Notes under the pieces: model-generated
The model's input: the letters and a program-made list of their open reading frames with translations, nothing else
Database searches by the model: none
Told to the model about the DNA's origin: nothing
In this document: piece by piece, positions 12,444-23,989 of the stretch
How positions within the stretch are numbered: the first letter of the stretch is position 1
How the letters are laid out: each line of letters begins with the position of its first letter
Program-made: the position numbers and the translations under genes
Assembly (NCBI RefSeq): GCF_004010195.1
Contig: NC_057752.1
Coordinates: 3,040,222-3,104,221 of the forward strand
DNA: 64,000 nt
Origin: Chiloscyllium plagiosum
Lineage: Eukaryota
Reading direction: 5' to 3'

Positions 12444-15400
12444 GACATGTGCAGTGCATTTAAATCTGTTTCTGTGGCTGTTTGACGTGTTATTTTGAAG
12501 GGGACATTGTTTGAGCTGCCTGATGTACATGATTGCTACATGTCTCGCCTAGAGGAAGTGTCACAGTAAAATATTTTGGGAGGTCTGGAGGTTGCAAAAG
12601 CTATCATAAAATCGCAAAGAATTTCTATTTTTTGAACCACTGTTGCTATGTAAGCAAAGTACCAGAGACTCAGTCAATCATTACTCACTTGTAATAATGC
12701 ATATTTCTCAGCTCAGCAGGCACTTAAAGCTGTGTGAGTAACAGCAGAAGATCATTAGCCCAGTCATGAATTGCTCAAAACAGTAGCAAATTCACAAAGT
12801 CTAGTTCACTAACAAAGCCATGAATTGCAGGCTGCTCCTACCAAGGCCAGGGGCTGTGTCTTTTTCTGGATCCCTCGATAACAACAACTGTGGTCCATCA
12901 AAAAGTGTTTGGACAAATGTTTACTGGATAAACAGGGTGGTAAAATGTGTTCTGAATCAGAGAAAACTCCCCCAAAAAAGCTTCACAATCTTCAGATGAG
13001 CGCAAAGCTCATGACAACAAGTGGCATGGCAGCATAAGATAGATATTGTAGAGGGAGATCATATAATGAAGCCCCTTGAAACATGTCAATAGCAGCTATT
13101 CAAAAATCAACAAGGTGAATAAAGCAATTGCTTTAGATTTCTCTGCGTGAGCACACCCAATTGTACAGCTGAAACCATTCTGCAAGTGGAGGCTGAGGCT
13201 ATTTATGTGAGCAAATTGGAGCAGTTGTTTGTTTTTCCCATCTGGTGGAGAGAGGAAAAATGCGAGTGAATGCCCTTTTACAAAAGGCTACAATCTTCAA
13301 CTAAAGGCCATACTTGATGACCAAATTGGAGCAACTTGAACTATGGGCAGCATATATGTCTGACCTCTGAATAGAACCTTTCAAAATGCTTCCACCTTGC
13401 GTTTCGCATTGATTTTTCAATGATCTCTTTGCTGATCTGTGGTAATCACCAGCGATCGTGAAATCTATTGTGAACCACACTTTGAAACAGCCTCTCCAGC
13501 TGCTGAAACATTTGTCCTTTACAGAAAAAAGGATGGCAAGCATCAGTGCCATAATTCACTCTATTAAAAAGTGCAACATACTTCACATGCCCCATAAGTA
13601 ATAACTGACAAATGTCATAAAGATGTTCATTGAAGAGAAAAAAAAACAATGATGCAAAACAATTCGCAAGGAAGGTGTAGCGAGCAAAGATTTGGATGGA
13701 GGTGGCCCTATTGATTTGATCCTCCCAGAAAACCAGTTCAAATATCTCCCCATTACAGCCACAAACTGTTTCTTAAATGTGTGGAGCAGTGAGGCTGATT
13801 ACGAACTTTTATTAAAATGAGAGATTTGTGGTTACCCAGGAGAAAGAGAGAAAGAGCCAGAGACAGAGGAAGGAGAGCCATATAATGAAACAGAAGGCTA
13901 AAAACAGGAGAGAGAGATTGCGCGAGAGTGCAAACTCTCTGACTTATTCTCTGTAACATCACGGGAGATTAGTACTGTATTATAGAAAAAACTGACAGTA
14001 TTCCTTGTGTACTCCTCTCTGTCACACTTTGATTTTTCAAACCAAATCTTGAGTTGCAACAGAAAGAAAAAAATCAAGAAATGAGGGAACTCACAGAATT
14101 CTGGAACCAGAATATCTACAGTTGCTTGATTGACTCTTGTATTGATTCAGCCAGTGTTTACCAAACTGCAGCCTTTTAATTGACCTTCTAGATGACAGTA
14201 TGGTTTTCATCAAACACTTAAACATTGCAGCTTTAGAGACATTACATTTTACATGTTCTGATAACCCTGACCTCTCAAAATAGCACATATTTTGGTTGGG
14301 ATTGGCTAATAAATATGAAAGTGGCTTGGATCTGATGCATGTCACCATTTGTTACAATAAAGCAACATTTTAAAGAGAGAAAGAAAGCAGCAAGGTGTAA
14401 GCAGTTATGATTAAATTGTGATTAACCTCTGCAATTCACATGCAGCTATAATTATCTAGAGTCGTCTATTTAAAGAAAGGGCTTCAATTTTCTTCTCAAC
14501 CTCTCTCCCTCGTTACCTGTCTTTCTTCCTTTAGGACACCTACCTCTTTGACCCAAGCCTTTGGCCCTTGGCCTTAATATCTCCCATGGATATTACTACG
14601 ATTCCTTGGAGACAAATAACACAAAAGAATGGAATTTTACAAACAGCCCCAATGGGGGAAAATCAGTGGACAAGATTTCACTTGCTAAAACTTTAATAAC
14701 TGTGAAAATCAAACTGAAACGAACGAGAGTTAAATATGGATCAACTGTATTGAATAGAAACCATAAGTTATCACCAAAAGGACATGTTTCTACTGAATGC
14801 TAGTCTCCGGGTTTATGACAGTCCTGATGGCATAGCCTCCCCAGATTCCCTTTCAACATTCAAGAGCACCCTGACACGGTATGGTCGCCTCTGGTAAACA
14901 GAACACCCAGCTTCTCAGCAGGCTGAGCCACTCACGCAACTTTTCAGTATCTCTGTACAACTCTCTTTCCAAAGAAAAGCAACAGGATTATTTACAAGCC
15001 TGCCGAATCTGACTACTGGCTGAAATACACCGAACACCAAGACCCCCTGTGTTTGTTCTGACCGCATTCGATCTGCCAGCTTTATTTATTCTTCTCATGA
15101 GCAGGGAAATCAAACAGAGGCCGATCTCTCAGAAATCTGATGTCACAGCCAGCAATTCTAACGAACCCCGTGGATCCCTTCCCACAGAAAGCTGAATCTG
15201 CTTTCCGTTGCAGTTCAGGAGTCTCAAAAGATACAAGATTTGAATCACACTTTACACCTAGTTTTGCTTATAATGCTCCCGTGAGTTACTTGGAATCCTT
15301 TATTGCATTGAATGGGTCACATACAGTACATACGCATGTAAAAATCGAGTTTTTGAGACCAAGTCTTCAGACACGAAGTTTAGCTTTTGCACCAGTAATA

Positions 15401-15461
15401 TTTTTGAGGGTTTGAAATCCAGCCCAGTTCTTGAGAGCAGCCAATAAAGATGCAGACCCTG

Positions 15462-15482
15462 GTCGCTGTCCGTGGTGCTGAA
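15462..15482 (-). promoter_or_regulatory. REST/NRSF binding site (RE1/NRSE)
   Basis: Minus strand TTCAGCACCACGGACAGCGAC versus canonical TTCAGCACCACGGACAGCGCC, 20/21. Confidence 0.8.
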
Positions 15483-15495
15483 CCTAATACAGTAC

Positions 15496-15631
15496 ATGAT
15501 GTGGAGGAGCTGGTGGTGGACAAAGTTAAAAATCACACACCACCAGGTTATAGTCCAACAGGTTTATTTAGAAATTACTTCTAAATAAACCTGTTGGGCT
15601 ATAACCTGGAGGTGTGTGACTTTTAACCTCG
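15496..15631. mobile_element. Penelope-derived hairpin (family A), centre deleted
   Basis: ~50-bp near-perfect arms around ttac; tacagta repeated at 15488-15494 and 15632-15638. Confidence 0.8.
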
Positions 15632-15654
15632 TACAGTAAGGTATAGTTGTCCCA

Positions 15655-16025
15655 GACCGTCCTGGAAGTCCTCAGCACACAAACAGGCCCTTTGGCCCAC
15701 CTTGTCCATGCAGCCCAGTTTTCATAATTAATCCAATCCCATTTGCCTGAGTTTGGTCCATATCCCTCCGTACTTATCCCATCCATGCACCTGTCCAAAT
15801 GTTTCTTAAATGATGAAACCATACTCACTTCTTCCACTTCTGCCCTCTAGAACCTTTTGTATCTCTCCCCTCTCACCTTAAACCTATGTCCTCTAGTTTT
15901 AGATTTGCCTACCATGGGGAAAAGCTGCCAACTTATCCAGGTATCTCATGATTTTATACATCTCTATCAGGCCACCCCTCAGTCTCCTACGCTCCAGGGA
16001 AAAAAAGTCCCAGTCCATCCAACCC
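15655..16025 (-). mobile_element. CR1 3' end
   Basis: FSLERRRLRGGLIEMYKIM; FKKHLDRCM. Confidence 0.9.
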
Positions 16026-16151
16026 TCTGACATGTCAATGAGAAAAGTACAATTGTAAAAAGGACTGCTTAATAGTCCCACCCAAATCTAGCACAAGGCA
16101 TATGAGAAATGAAGGATTTTTGGGCCAAACGGCGAGAGTTGACTGTTCCAC

Positions 16152-16250
16152 AAGATGAAGGGCTCCTGCCCGAAACATCGATTTTCCTGCTCCTCGGATG
16201 CTGCCTGACCTGCTGTGCTTTTCCTGCAACACACTCTCAACTCTGCAGAC
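16152..16250 (+). mobile_element. Penelope family B single arm
   Basis: gatgaagggctcctgcccgaaac..cctgacctgctgtgcttttcc. Confidence 0.75.
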
Positions 16251-16309
16251 CTCTCTGTCTCCCTGTTCTACAAGATGGCCTATTCCTTGAATATACACAG
16301 TAAATAGCC

Positions 16310-16530
16310 ACAGAAGTGTCCCTAAATACTTCACAGGCAATGAAGTACTTCCCAAGTGAAGTCAAGGTGAAATGTGGGAAATGCTGCAGTACGTTCATGC
16401 ACAGCAAGCTTCTACAAACAGCACTATGGTCATGGCCAGATGATTTGTTCTTGCAATGTTGGTGGAAGGATAAACATTGCCCGGGAACTAGGGACAACTG
16501 CCCTATTCTTCTTTTAAATCGTACTGTTGG
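16310..16530 (-). mobile_element. Deu-domain SINE fragment
   Basis: caatgaagtactt..gcacagcaagct..acaaacagca. Confidence 0.7.
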
Positions 16531-16755
16531 AGGGGGTGGGGAAGATAGTAGCATAGTGAGAATATCTTGGGACGAGTAATCCAGAGGCTAATACATTGGG
16601 AAACATGAGTACAAATCCCACTATGGTAGCTGGTAGAATTTACGGTTAATTACTTGAAAGTCAATCAGTGGGTCACAAAACTATTCATGATTTTTGTTAA
16701 AAGAAAACCCACCTGGTTCACTAATATGCTTTCGGAAGGAAAACCTGCCATTTAA

Positions 16756-17848
16756 GCCTGTACTCTTTGGATGTTTGAAAAATGAGAGGAGATATAATGG
16801 AGGTATATAAGATTCTAAAGGAGATTGACAAAGTAGATGCACAAAGTATATGTAGGAAGATATAAAATTATGAAGGGAATAGATAAGATTGAAGCAGAGA
16901 GGCTGTTTCCACGGACGGGTGAAACTAGAAGGAGGGAGCACAGCCTTAAAATAACGGGGAGCAGTTTTCAGACTGAGTTGAGGAGGAACTTATTCACCCA
17001 GAGGGTTGTTAATTTGTGGAATTCTCTGCTCAGTGAAGCAGTTGAGGCTACCTCACTGAATGTTTTTAAGGAAAAGATAGACATTTGAATAGTAAAGGAA
17101 TTAGGGTTATGGTCTGCAGGCAGGTAAGTGGGGCTGAGTCCATGAAAAGATCAGCCATGATCTTATTCAATGGTGGTGCATGGTCGCTCAGTGGTTAGCA
17201 CTGCTGCCTCACAGCGCTCGGGACCCAGGTTTAATTCCAGCCTCAGGTGATTGTCTGTGTGGAGTTTGTACATTCTCCCCATGTCTGTGTGGGTTTCCTC
17301 CAGATGCTCCCAAAGATGTGCAGGTTAGGTGAATTGACCATGCTAAGTTGCCAATAGTGTTCAGGGATGTGTAGGTTAGGTGCATTAATCAGGGGTAAAT
17401 ACAGGATAATGAGGTAGGAGAGTGGGTCTGGGTGGGCTGCTCTTCGGAGGGTCAGCGTGGACTTGTTGGGCTGTTTCCATGCTGTAGGGATTCTATGATT
17501 CTACTCCTGTTTCTTATCTTCTTATGTAGAGAGCATGTTCCCCTTATCGGGCAACTAGACGAGAGGTCACAGCTTCAGGAGAAGAGTTAGCAGATTTAAA
17601 ACAGAGATGAGGAGAAATCACTTCTCTCAACGGGTCATGAATCTGTGGAATTCACTATCCCAGAGTGCAGTTAGTTTAAGCAGCAAATAGACATATTTTT
17701 AATTAGTAGTGCATTGAAGCGTTGTGGAGAGTGGGCAGGAAAGTGGAATTAAGGCAGAGGTGAGACCAGCCATGATCGTATCAAATGACCGAGCAGGCTC
17801 CAGGGACTGAATTGCCTCCTCCTGCTCCTAGTTCTTAAGTTCTTATGT
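16756..17848 (+). mobile_element. Two nested CR1 3' fragments
   Basis: YKIMKGIDKIEAERLFP..FTQRVVNLWNSL; outer copy resumes ~17530; tatgtag duplicated at ~16848 and ~17523. Confidence 0.8.
17171..17503 (+). mobile_element. HE1-type V-SINE
   Basis: Full length, inside a CR1 3' UTR. Confidence 0.9.
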
Positions 17849-19389
17849 TTTTTACCTGGGCAGAGCCTACACGTGACTCCACATCCAGTGCAGTTGGTTC
17901 TTAAGTGCTCTCTGAAGATGGGCTCACCAGCAATCAATTCAAGAGCAATTAAGGATGGATGACTAATGCTGGCTTTGCCAGCAATATCCATATCCCATGA
18001 ATGAATAAAGAAACAAAAAGTCCTTCGAGAGGGACTGAGAGGAAAATGCTACTCACTGAGATGTGGCTGGTACTATTTGAACCAATTTTCCACAGGACCT
18101 TGGAAAAAAATCCATATCAGGTTGAATCCAAGCAGCTCCATATTAGCAGCTGGACTCCAAAGCCCACTCCAACTCCTGAGCTATTCATCACCAAAACTCG
18201 ACAAAATCATCTGAGGTGCCAAATAAGATGAGCAACCACAGGGTCAATATAAAATATGAAATGCGGATTCCAAGAGGAAAGGAGAGTGCTAGACCCTTCC
18301 CATAAGCTTTAACACTAAGGCTCCTATTGTCTTTCTCAGCTCCTGTTCTGTAATAAAACTTAATGAAATATCCTGGTTCAGATATTTGCCTTTAACATCA
18401 TGGCCCACAGGCTCCACGCTTAATATCGTCTGTGCATGTGAAGAATGTTCTGGGGATTGAATTCATTTAATTTTAATGCATTGCCTATCACGTTTCAGGG
18501 ACATAAATCCAGCCCAACAATGGCAAGCTATAAACTATTAAATACTCACAGCTGAGCCTGGGCTGTTTAAAATGCCTACTTACAGGCTGGAACACGATTT
18601 TAACAGAAGGATGCATTCCCTGTCAATGCCTGGTGTAAGCAGTCCATCAGTTCGTTCTGTTCGATACCTTCTGAGTCCCACACTGATGCATTTGTCTCAT
18701 TTGCAGATTGTGGACCCTTGCTGTGCTAAAATTGCCACTGCACTTCCAAAAGAAAAGCACTTCATTTGATTGTGAGGTGTTTTGGGACTTCTGAACAGGT
18801 GACATCTGCGCAAGTTCATTGTTTACAAAACTGCATCAAGAAATCCAGAACTGAAGCACCCTTAGGTGGCATATTTCGACGTTCATTAATTGTACAAATT
18901 CACCATTTATCAATTTATGTATTTACATACCATAAATGGAGAGAAACCCTTCACTAAAAATTGTATTATGCCTCATTATGTTATGCTCCATGTTTCTGGG
19001 CTTTCTAAGTTGGAATTCCAATCGAAAATCCTTCCACTATTGTGTCAGCCTTTGGGCTGTATGTTGAACTTATCTTTGGAGATGTGACTCCCGCCTCTCA
19101 CTGTGACCTCAATGTGTGATTGAACAATGAGGTGCAGAAACGATTGAGAACTTGTCAATGTTTCTGTGGGTCACACAGCACAGAACAAGACCATTTGTCC
19201 GAAAACAGGCCATGCTGGATAGTTTGCATGAAACGTGAGCAGTTCAGCTTTACAAGGTGGCCTTCATTTGCTAACAAGCTGTACGCTGTTCTTGAAGCCA
19301 CACCTGAAGATGACATTTGAGCTGAAGCTCTTTGCGAGGGACAGAGTATCACTGTTCCTTATGAAGAGGTCTGCCTTTGCATCTACATT

Positions 19390-20135
19390 GTGACTCAGTC
19401 AGTAACACAGCTCAGGATCATGAGGTTCAAGCCTCGCTTCTGGGCTTGAGTACATAAAGCAAGACTGACACTCCAGGCCAATACTGAGGAGGAAGTGCTA
19501 TCTTTCACTTGAGATGTTAAACTGAGTCCCTACTGCTCTGTGGGTGGATGTGAAACATCCCCTCGCACTGTTTGGAGAAAGAGCAGGCAAGTTCATCTTG
19601 GGGCTAAAAATCAACATCACCAAAACAGAATCTCTAGTCATTAGCAAATTGCTGTTTGTGGGAGTTTGTAAATTGGTTGCCATGTCCCCCCACACTGCAT
19701 CAATGACCACTCTTCAAAAAGTACTTCATTGGCTGCAAAGTGCCAGGTGGCATGGTGGCTCAGTGGCTAGCGCTGCTGCCTCACAGCGCCAGGGACCTGG
19801 GTTCAATCCTGGCCTTGGGCGGTTGTCTGTCTGGAGTTTGCACATTCTCCTTGTGTCTGCGTGGGTTCCCTCCGGGTGCTCCGGTTTCCTTCCACAGTCC
19901 AAAGATGTACAGGTCAGGTGAATTGCCCAAGCAAAATTGCCCATAGTGTTCAGGGACGTGTAGGTTAGGTGCATCAGTCAGGGGTAAAAACAGATAAGAG
20001 GGCAGGGGAATGTGTCTGGGTGGGCTACGCCTCAGAGGGTTGGTGTGGATTTGTTGCCCTAAAAGGCCTGTTTCTACACTGTAGGGATTCTATGAAAGAT
20101 ACCTGGTGGTCATGAAACGTGTCACATAAATGCAA
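19390..20135 (+). mobile_element. Near full-length Deu-domain SINE split by HE1
   Basis: Head with ggttcaagcc, Deu body to cttcattggctgcaaagtgc (~19743), tail resumes ~20095 to ataaatgcaa. Confidence 0.8.
19746..20094 (+). mobile_element. HE1-type V-SINE
   Basis: Full length with V-domain ccgggtgctccggtttcc. Confidence 0.92.
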
Positions 20136-21181
20136 ATTTTTTGTTTAGGGATTCATCAACAACTGGTTCAATGACCTCAGCCTGACTCAAGAATGTTGGA
20201 ACGAGAAGTTCTCTGATGGGAGCACAGTGCAGCTGGTGGCATTATGCTTTACACAGTGAACATTAGCACTGTGAAGAAAGGTTTTGTTTACTCCAAGTTT
20301 ATCCTCGGGGGTTTTGGTTTCAAGGCAATGGGATTTGTGTTCGCCCGACCGTGCTGACGGCCTGCTGGAGGACAGGGCTGGGCACAGGCAGTGCCAGTCA
20401 GATGCTTTCTGGAGTCGGGCACATCTGGCCATTACTCATCCGTGAGTCTTGGCACAGGAGAGCAACTCCCGTACGCGTTCAGCCGCAAACCACCAATCCT
20501 CAGTCATCAAACGCTTTCCCTTCTTTCATTCACACCCAGTCGAACCTGACATGGCATAAAAGGTGTCTGAAATGCACCTCAACCCCATGGAGACATATTG
20601 TGTCATTTCAGTGTCTAGTGGTAATACTCTAGCCTCTTGTAGATTTGAGTCCCTCTCCAGGACAGGACAGCATAATCCAGGCTGACACTTTGGTACAGTA
20701 ATTCCGGAATCCTGCACTGGTGAAGGAGCCATCGAGAGGTAAAAGTCCTATTCCGGCAAGGAATTCTACGACACTGCTTTCTTGAACATTGCCATCAAAC
20801 ACTGATGTACTTATCCATCTCCCTGCTGTTTGTGGAATCTCGCTCTGAATGCTGCATTTGACAAACCTGTAAGAACGACTACCCTTCCAAAGTTCCCTGG
20901 TAGCCATGACTTACTTTGGGACATCCCAGGGACGTGGTAGGCACTGCACAAATTAAACAAATTTTTTGCTCTCAAAATGGGGCAGCTGAGTTGACGGCAG
21001 TTTTCCAAGGGCAATGAAGAATGGGTGATAAATCCTGGCCTAGCTAGTGATACTCACGCCCTGTGAGTGAATATTAAACAAAACCCTGGTGGCGCAAGCC
21101 AGGGCAGTGTGTGCCTCTGCTTTCATTCACAGAAAGCCACAAACACTAAATGTTCTCTTTGAGTTCTGGGCTTGGTAAGGG

Positions 21182-21183
<2 letters not shown>

Positions 21184-21212
<29 letters not shown>

Positions 21213-21235
21213 AAGGGACAGAGAAAGAGAATGAC

Positions 21236-21268
<33 letters not shown>

Positions 21269-21290
21269 GAGAGATACACACACACAGAGC

Positions 21291-21324
<34 letters not shown>

Positions 21325-21410
21325 GAGAGAGAGAGAGAGACAGAGAGAGAGATGAGACTTTGTTCCTTTCTCTGTTTGACCCTTTCAATTCTGAGCTTGG
21401 TAAGAGTCAC

Positions 21411-21440
<30 letters not shown>
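21184..21440. repeat. Compound (GA)n microsatellite
   Basis: GA/GACA runs in two blocks. Confidence 0.95.
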
Positions 21441-21441
<1 letters not shown>

Positions 21442-22009
21442 CTTTGTTCTTTTTTCTATTTGACCCTAACTTGAACCTGCGGCCCACTTTTCAAAGGAGA
21501 GGGGACACTGGCACCCAGTGCCAACTTTGGCACTTAATGCATTGTGGCAAGAGCTTGCTGCACTTAATGCCATATTTGATGAATTTTTCTGGTGTTCGTG
21601 CACGTGTTACAAATGAAGACCAATGCAGCTGGGAGTGAAAACAGTTCACAGTGACGTCAATGGAATAGTCTGCACAGGAAATGTCACAGTTGAAATCTTC
21701 GTATTACCTCCTAACTCTGCAAGCATAATTACTTGCGCTGTTTAACACATAAAAAATGACAAAGGCCCATTGAACATATGCTCTCCAGGATAACCACTTA
21801 TGAGTTCACAGCTCTCTTTGCTCATGAAGTTTATCTCACGTAATGCCATGGGATTGCTGTAGGAAGCTGTATTTTTGCTCACCCACCATAACATATGCAC
21901 CAAGCTGACGAATGTCTTTTTGAATCTCCAGTTGCCTTTGCAAGAGTGCACGTTGTTAAAAATGCTCATAGCCCCAGTTTCGACTTCCAGCCATTTTAAA
22001 AACTCCATT

Positions 22010-22530
22010 CTTGGGAGGTGTGGGCATTGCTGCTGAAGCCATTATTTGGTGCCATCCTTAACTGCCCTTGAGCAGATAGTGATGAGCTGACAACAACCTC
22101 GTGGGCATGTCAGAGATAAAACAAGGAAGGGCAGATGCTGGAGCTTTGAAACACACAGAACAGAAATTGCTGGAGAAACTCAGCATGGTCTGGCAATAGC
22201 TGTGGATGATTTTGAATACCTCTATCAAATAGTTTCTCAGCTTCTGAAGAAGGTCACTGAATTTGAAACATTAAGGCTGCACTCTCTCCACGGATGCTGC
22301 CAGACCTGCTGAGTTTCTCTAGCTCGTTCTGATTTTGTGTGGCCATTTTGGAGGGTGGTTAAGAATCAGCTACCTTACTGTGGGTCTGGAGTCACGTGTA
22401 GACCAGACCAGGTAAGGACGGCAGATTTCCCTCCTTAAAGGACATTAGTGAAACAGATGGGTTTTTTAAAATGATAATCTGGGAATTTTATTATCATCAT
22501 TAACAAGGCTAATAATTCATCCCAGTTTAA
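22010..22530 (-). mobile_element. tRNA-head SINE (family B derivative) split by a Penelope hairpin
   Basis: Tail 22010-22075; core ctggagtcacgtgtagaccagaccaggtaaggacggcagatttcc ~22387-22430. Confidence 0.7.
22117..22340. mobile_element. Penelope-derived palindromic element (family C)
   Basis: Arms gctggagaaactcagca / tgctgagtttctctagc; ctgaaga..gaaac near 22244-22269. Confidence 0.7.
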
Positions 22531-22547
22531 TTGATTAGGATAAAGCT

Positions 22548-23230
22548 TGCTAAGGGACCTAAGGGTGAAGGTGCATTGTTCCTTGAAAATGGAGTCGCAA
22601 GTAGACTGGGTGATGAAGAAGGCATTTGGTACACTTGCCTTTATTGGTCAGTACATTGAGTGTAGGGGTTGGGAGGTTATGCTGCATCTGTACAGGACAT
22701 TGCTGAGGCCACTTCTAGAATACTGTGTCCAATTCTGGTCTCCCTGCTACAGGAAAGATGTTGTGAAACTTGAAAGGGTTCAGAAAAGATTTACAAGGAT
22801 GTTGCCACCGTTGGAGGGTTTCAGCTACAGGGAAAGGCTGAATAGACTGGGGCTGTTTTCCCTGGAGCGTCGGAGGCTGAGGGGTGACCTTATAGAGGTT
22901 TATAGGGCGAATAGCCAAGGTCTTTTTCCCAGGGTACAGGAGTCCAAAACTAGAGGGCATAGGTTTAAGGTGAGAGGGGAAAGATTTAAAAGGGACCTAA
23001 GGGGCAACGTTTTCACACAGAGGGTGGTGCGTGTATGGAATGAGCTGCCAGAGGAAGTGGTGGAGGCTGGTACAATGACAACATTCAAAAGGCATTTGGA
23101 TGAGTATCTGAATAGGAAGGGTTTAGAGGGATATGGGCCAAATGCTGGCAAGTGGGACTAGTTTAATTTAGGATATCTGGTTGGCATGGACGAGCTGGAC
23201 CGGAGGGTCTATTTCCATACTGTATGACTA
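22548..23230 (+). mobile_element. CR1 ORF2 3' part and UTR
   Basis: 204-aa ORF LEYCVQFWSP..RLRGDLIEVY..FTQRVVRVWNELP. Confidence 0.95.
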
Positions 23231-23364
23231 AGCTGCCATTTGAACCCCTGCTTCTGGATCATTATACCAGCCCTCTAGATTACGGATCCAGTAGCATAAC
23301 CTCTGTACTACCATTCCCTTATGTGGTTCACTGTCAACAGGGGAGGTGGAAACTGGACTCAGCA

Positions 23365-23745
23365 CCTCACAGAATTACAGAATTGTTACAGCACAGAAAG
23401 AAGCTATTCAGTCCATTGTCTCTGTACCAGCTCCCCAAATGGGCATCTCATTTCATCCCAGTCTCTCCCTTCTCCCACAACCCTGAACGTTTCCCTCTTT
23501 CAGCCAACAGTCTAACTCCCTTCCAGATGCTTCACTTGAATCTGCCTCCAGCACAGTCTCAGACAGTGCACTGCAGACTTCAACCACGTGTTGTGTGAAG
23601 AGATTTACCTCACGACACTTTTACTCCCTTTACTTTAAACCTGTGCCCTCTCGTTCGGGACCCCTTCATGAACACTTTCTCCCTGTCCACTCTGCCCGGA
23701 CCTTTCACAATTCCGAATACCTCTATCAAATTGTCTTTCTTTTCC
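23365..23745 (-). mobile_element. Older CR1 3' fragment
   Basis: cacagaattacagaattgttacagcacagaa tail; ttgaatctgcctcc. Confidence 0.7.
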
Positions 23746-23989
23746 GAAAGCACGACAGCCGTGTCTTCTCCGATGGAAAACACGCTGGAGTTGAAGTCCT
23801 AACTCTGTGTCCTCACACATCTGGTGAATAGGAAAGATTCAGAGGGATATGAGTGAGCCAAACGCAGGCAAATGGGACTAGCTTGAAACCTGGTCAGCAT
23901 GAACAAGTTGGACCAAAGGGTCTGTTTTCATGCTGTACGGCTCTACAAGTTGAGATGAGCTGCGATGGCCCCCGTGGTTGAATAACATC

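Larger units (their letters stand above)
16535..18018 (+). mobile_element. tRNA-head SINE (family B derivative) split by nested CR1 and HE1 insertions
   Basis: 5' half 16535-16755 ends ggaaggaaaacctgccattt; resumes ~17850 ttacctgg..gtgactcca..tail tgaatgaataaa. Confidence 0.75.

Noticed and set aside
21123..21638. ER/SL-rich ORFs
   Set aside because: Translation of the GA microsatellite
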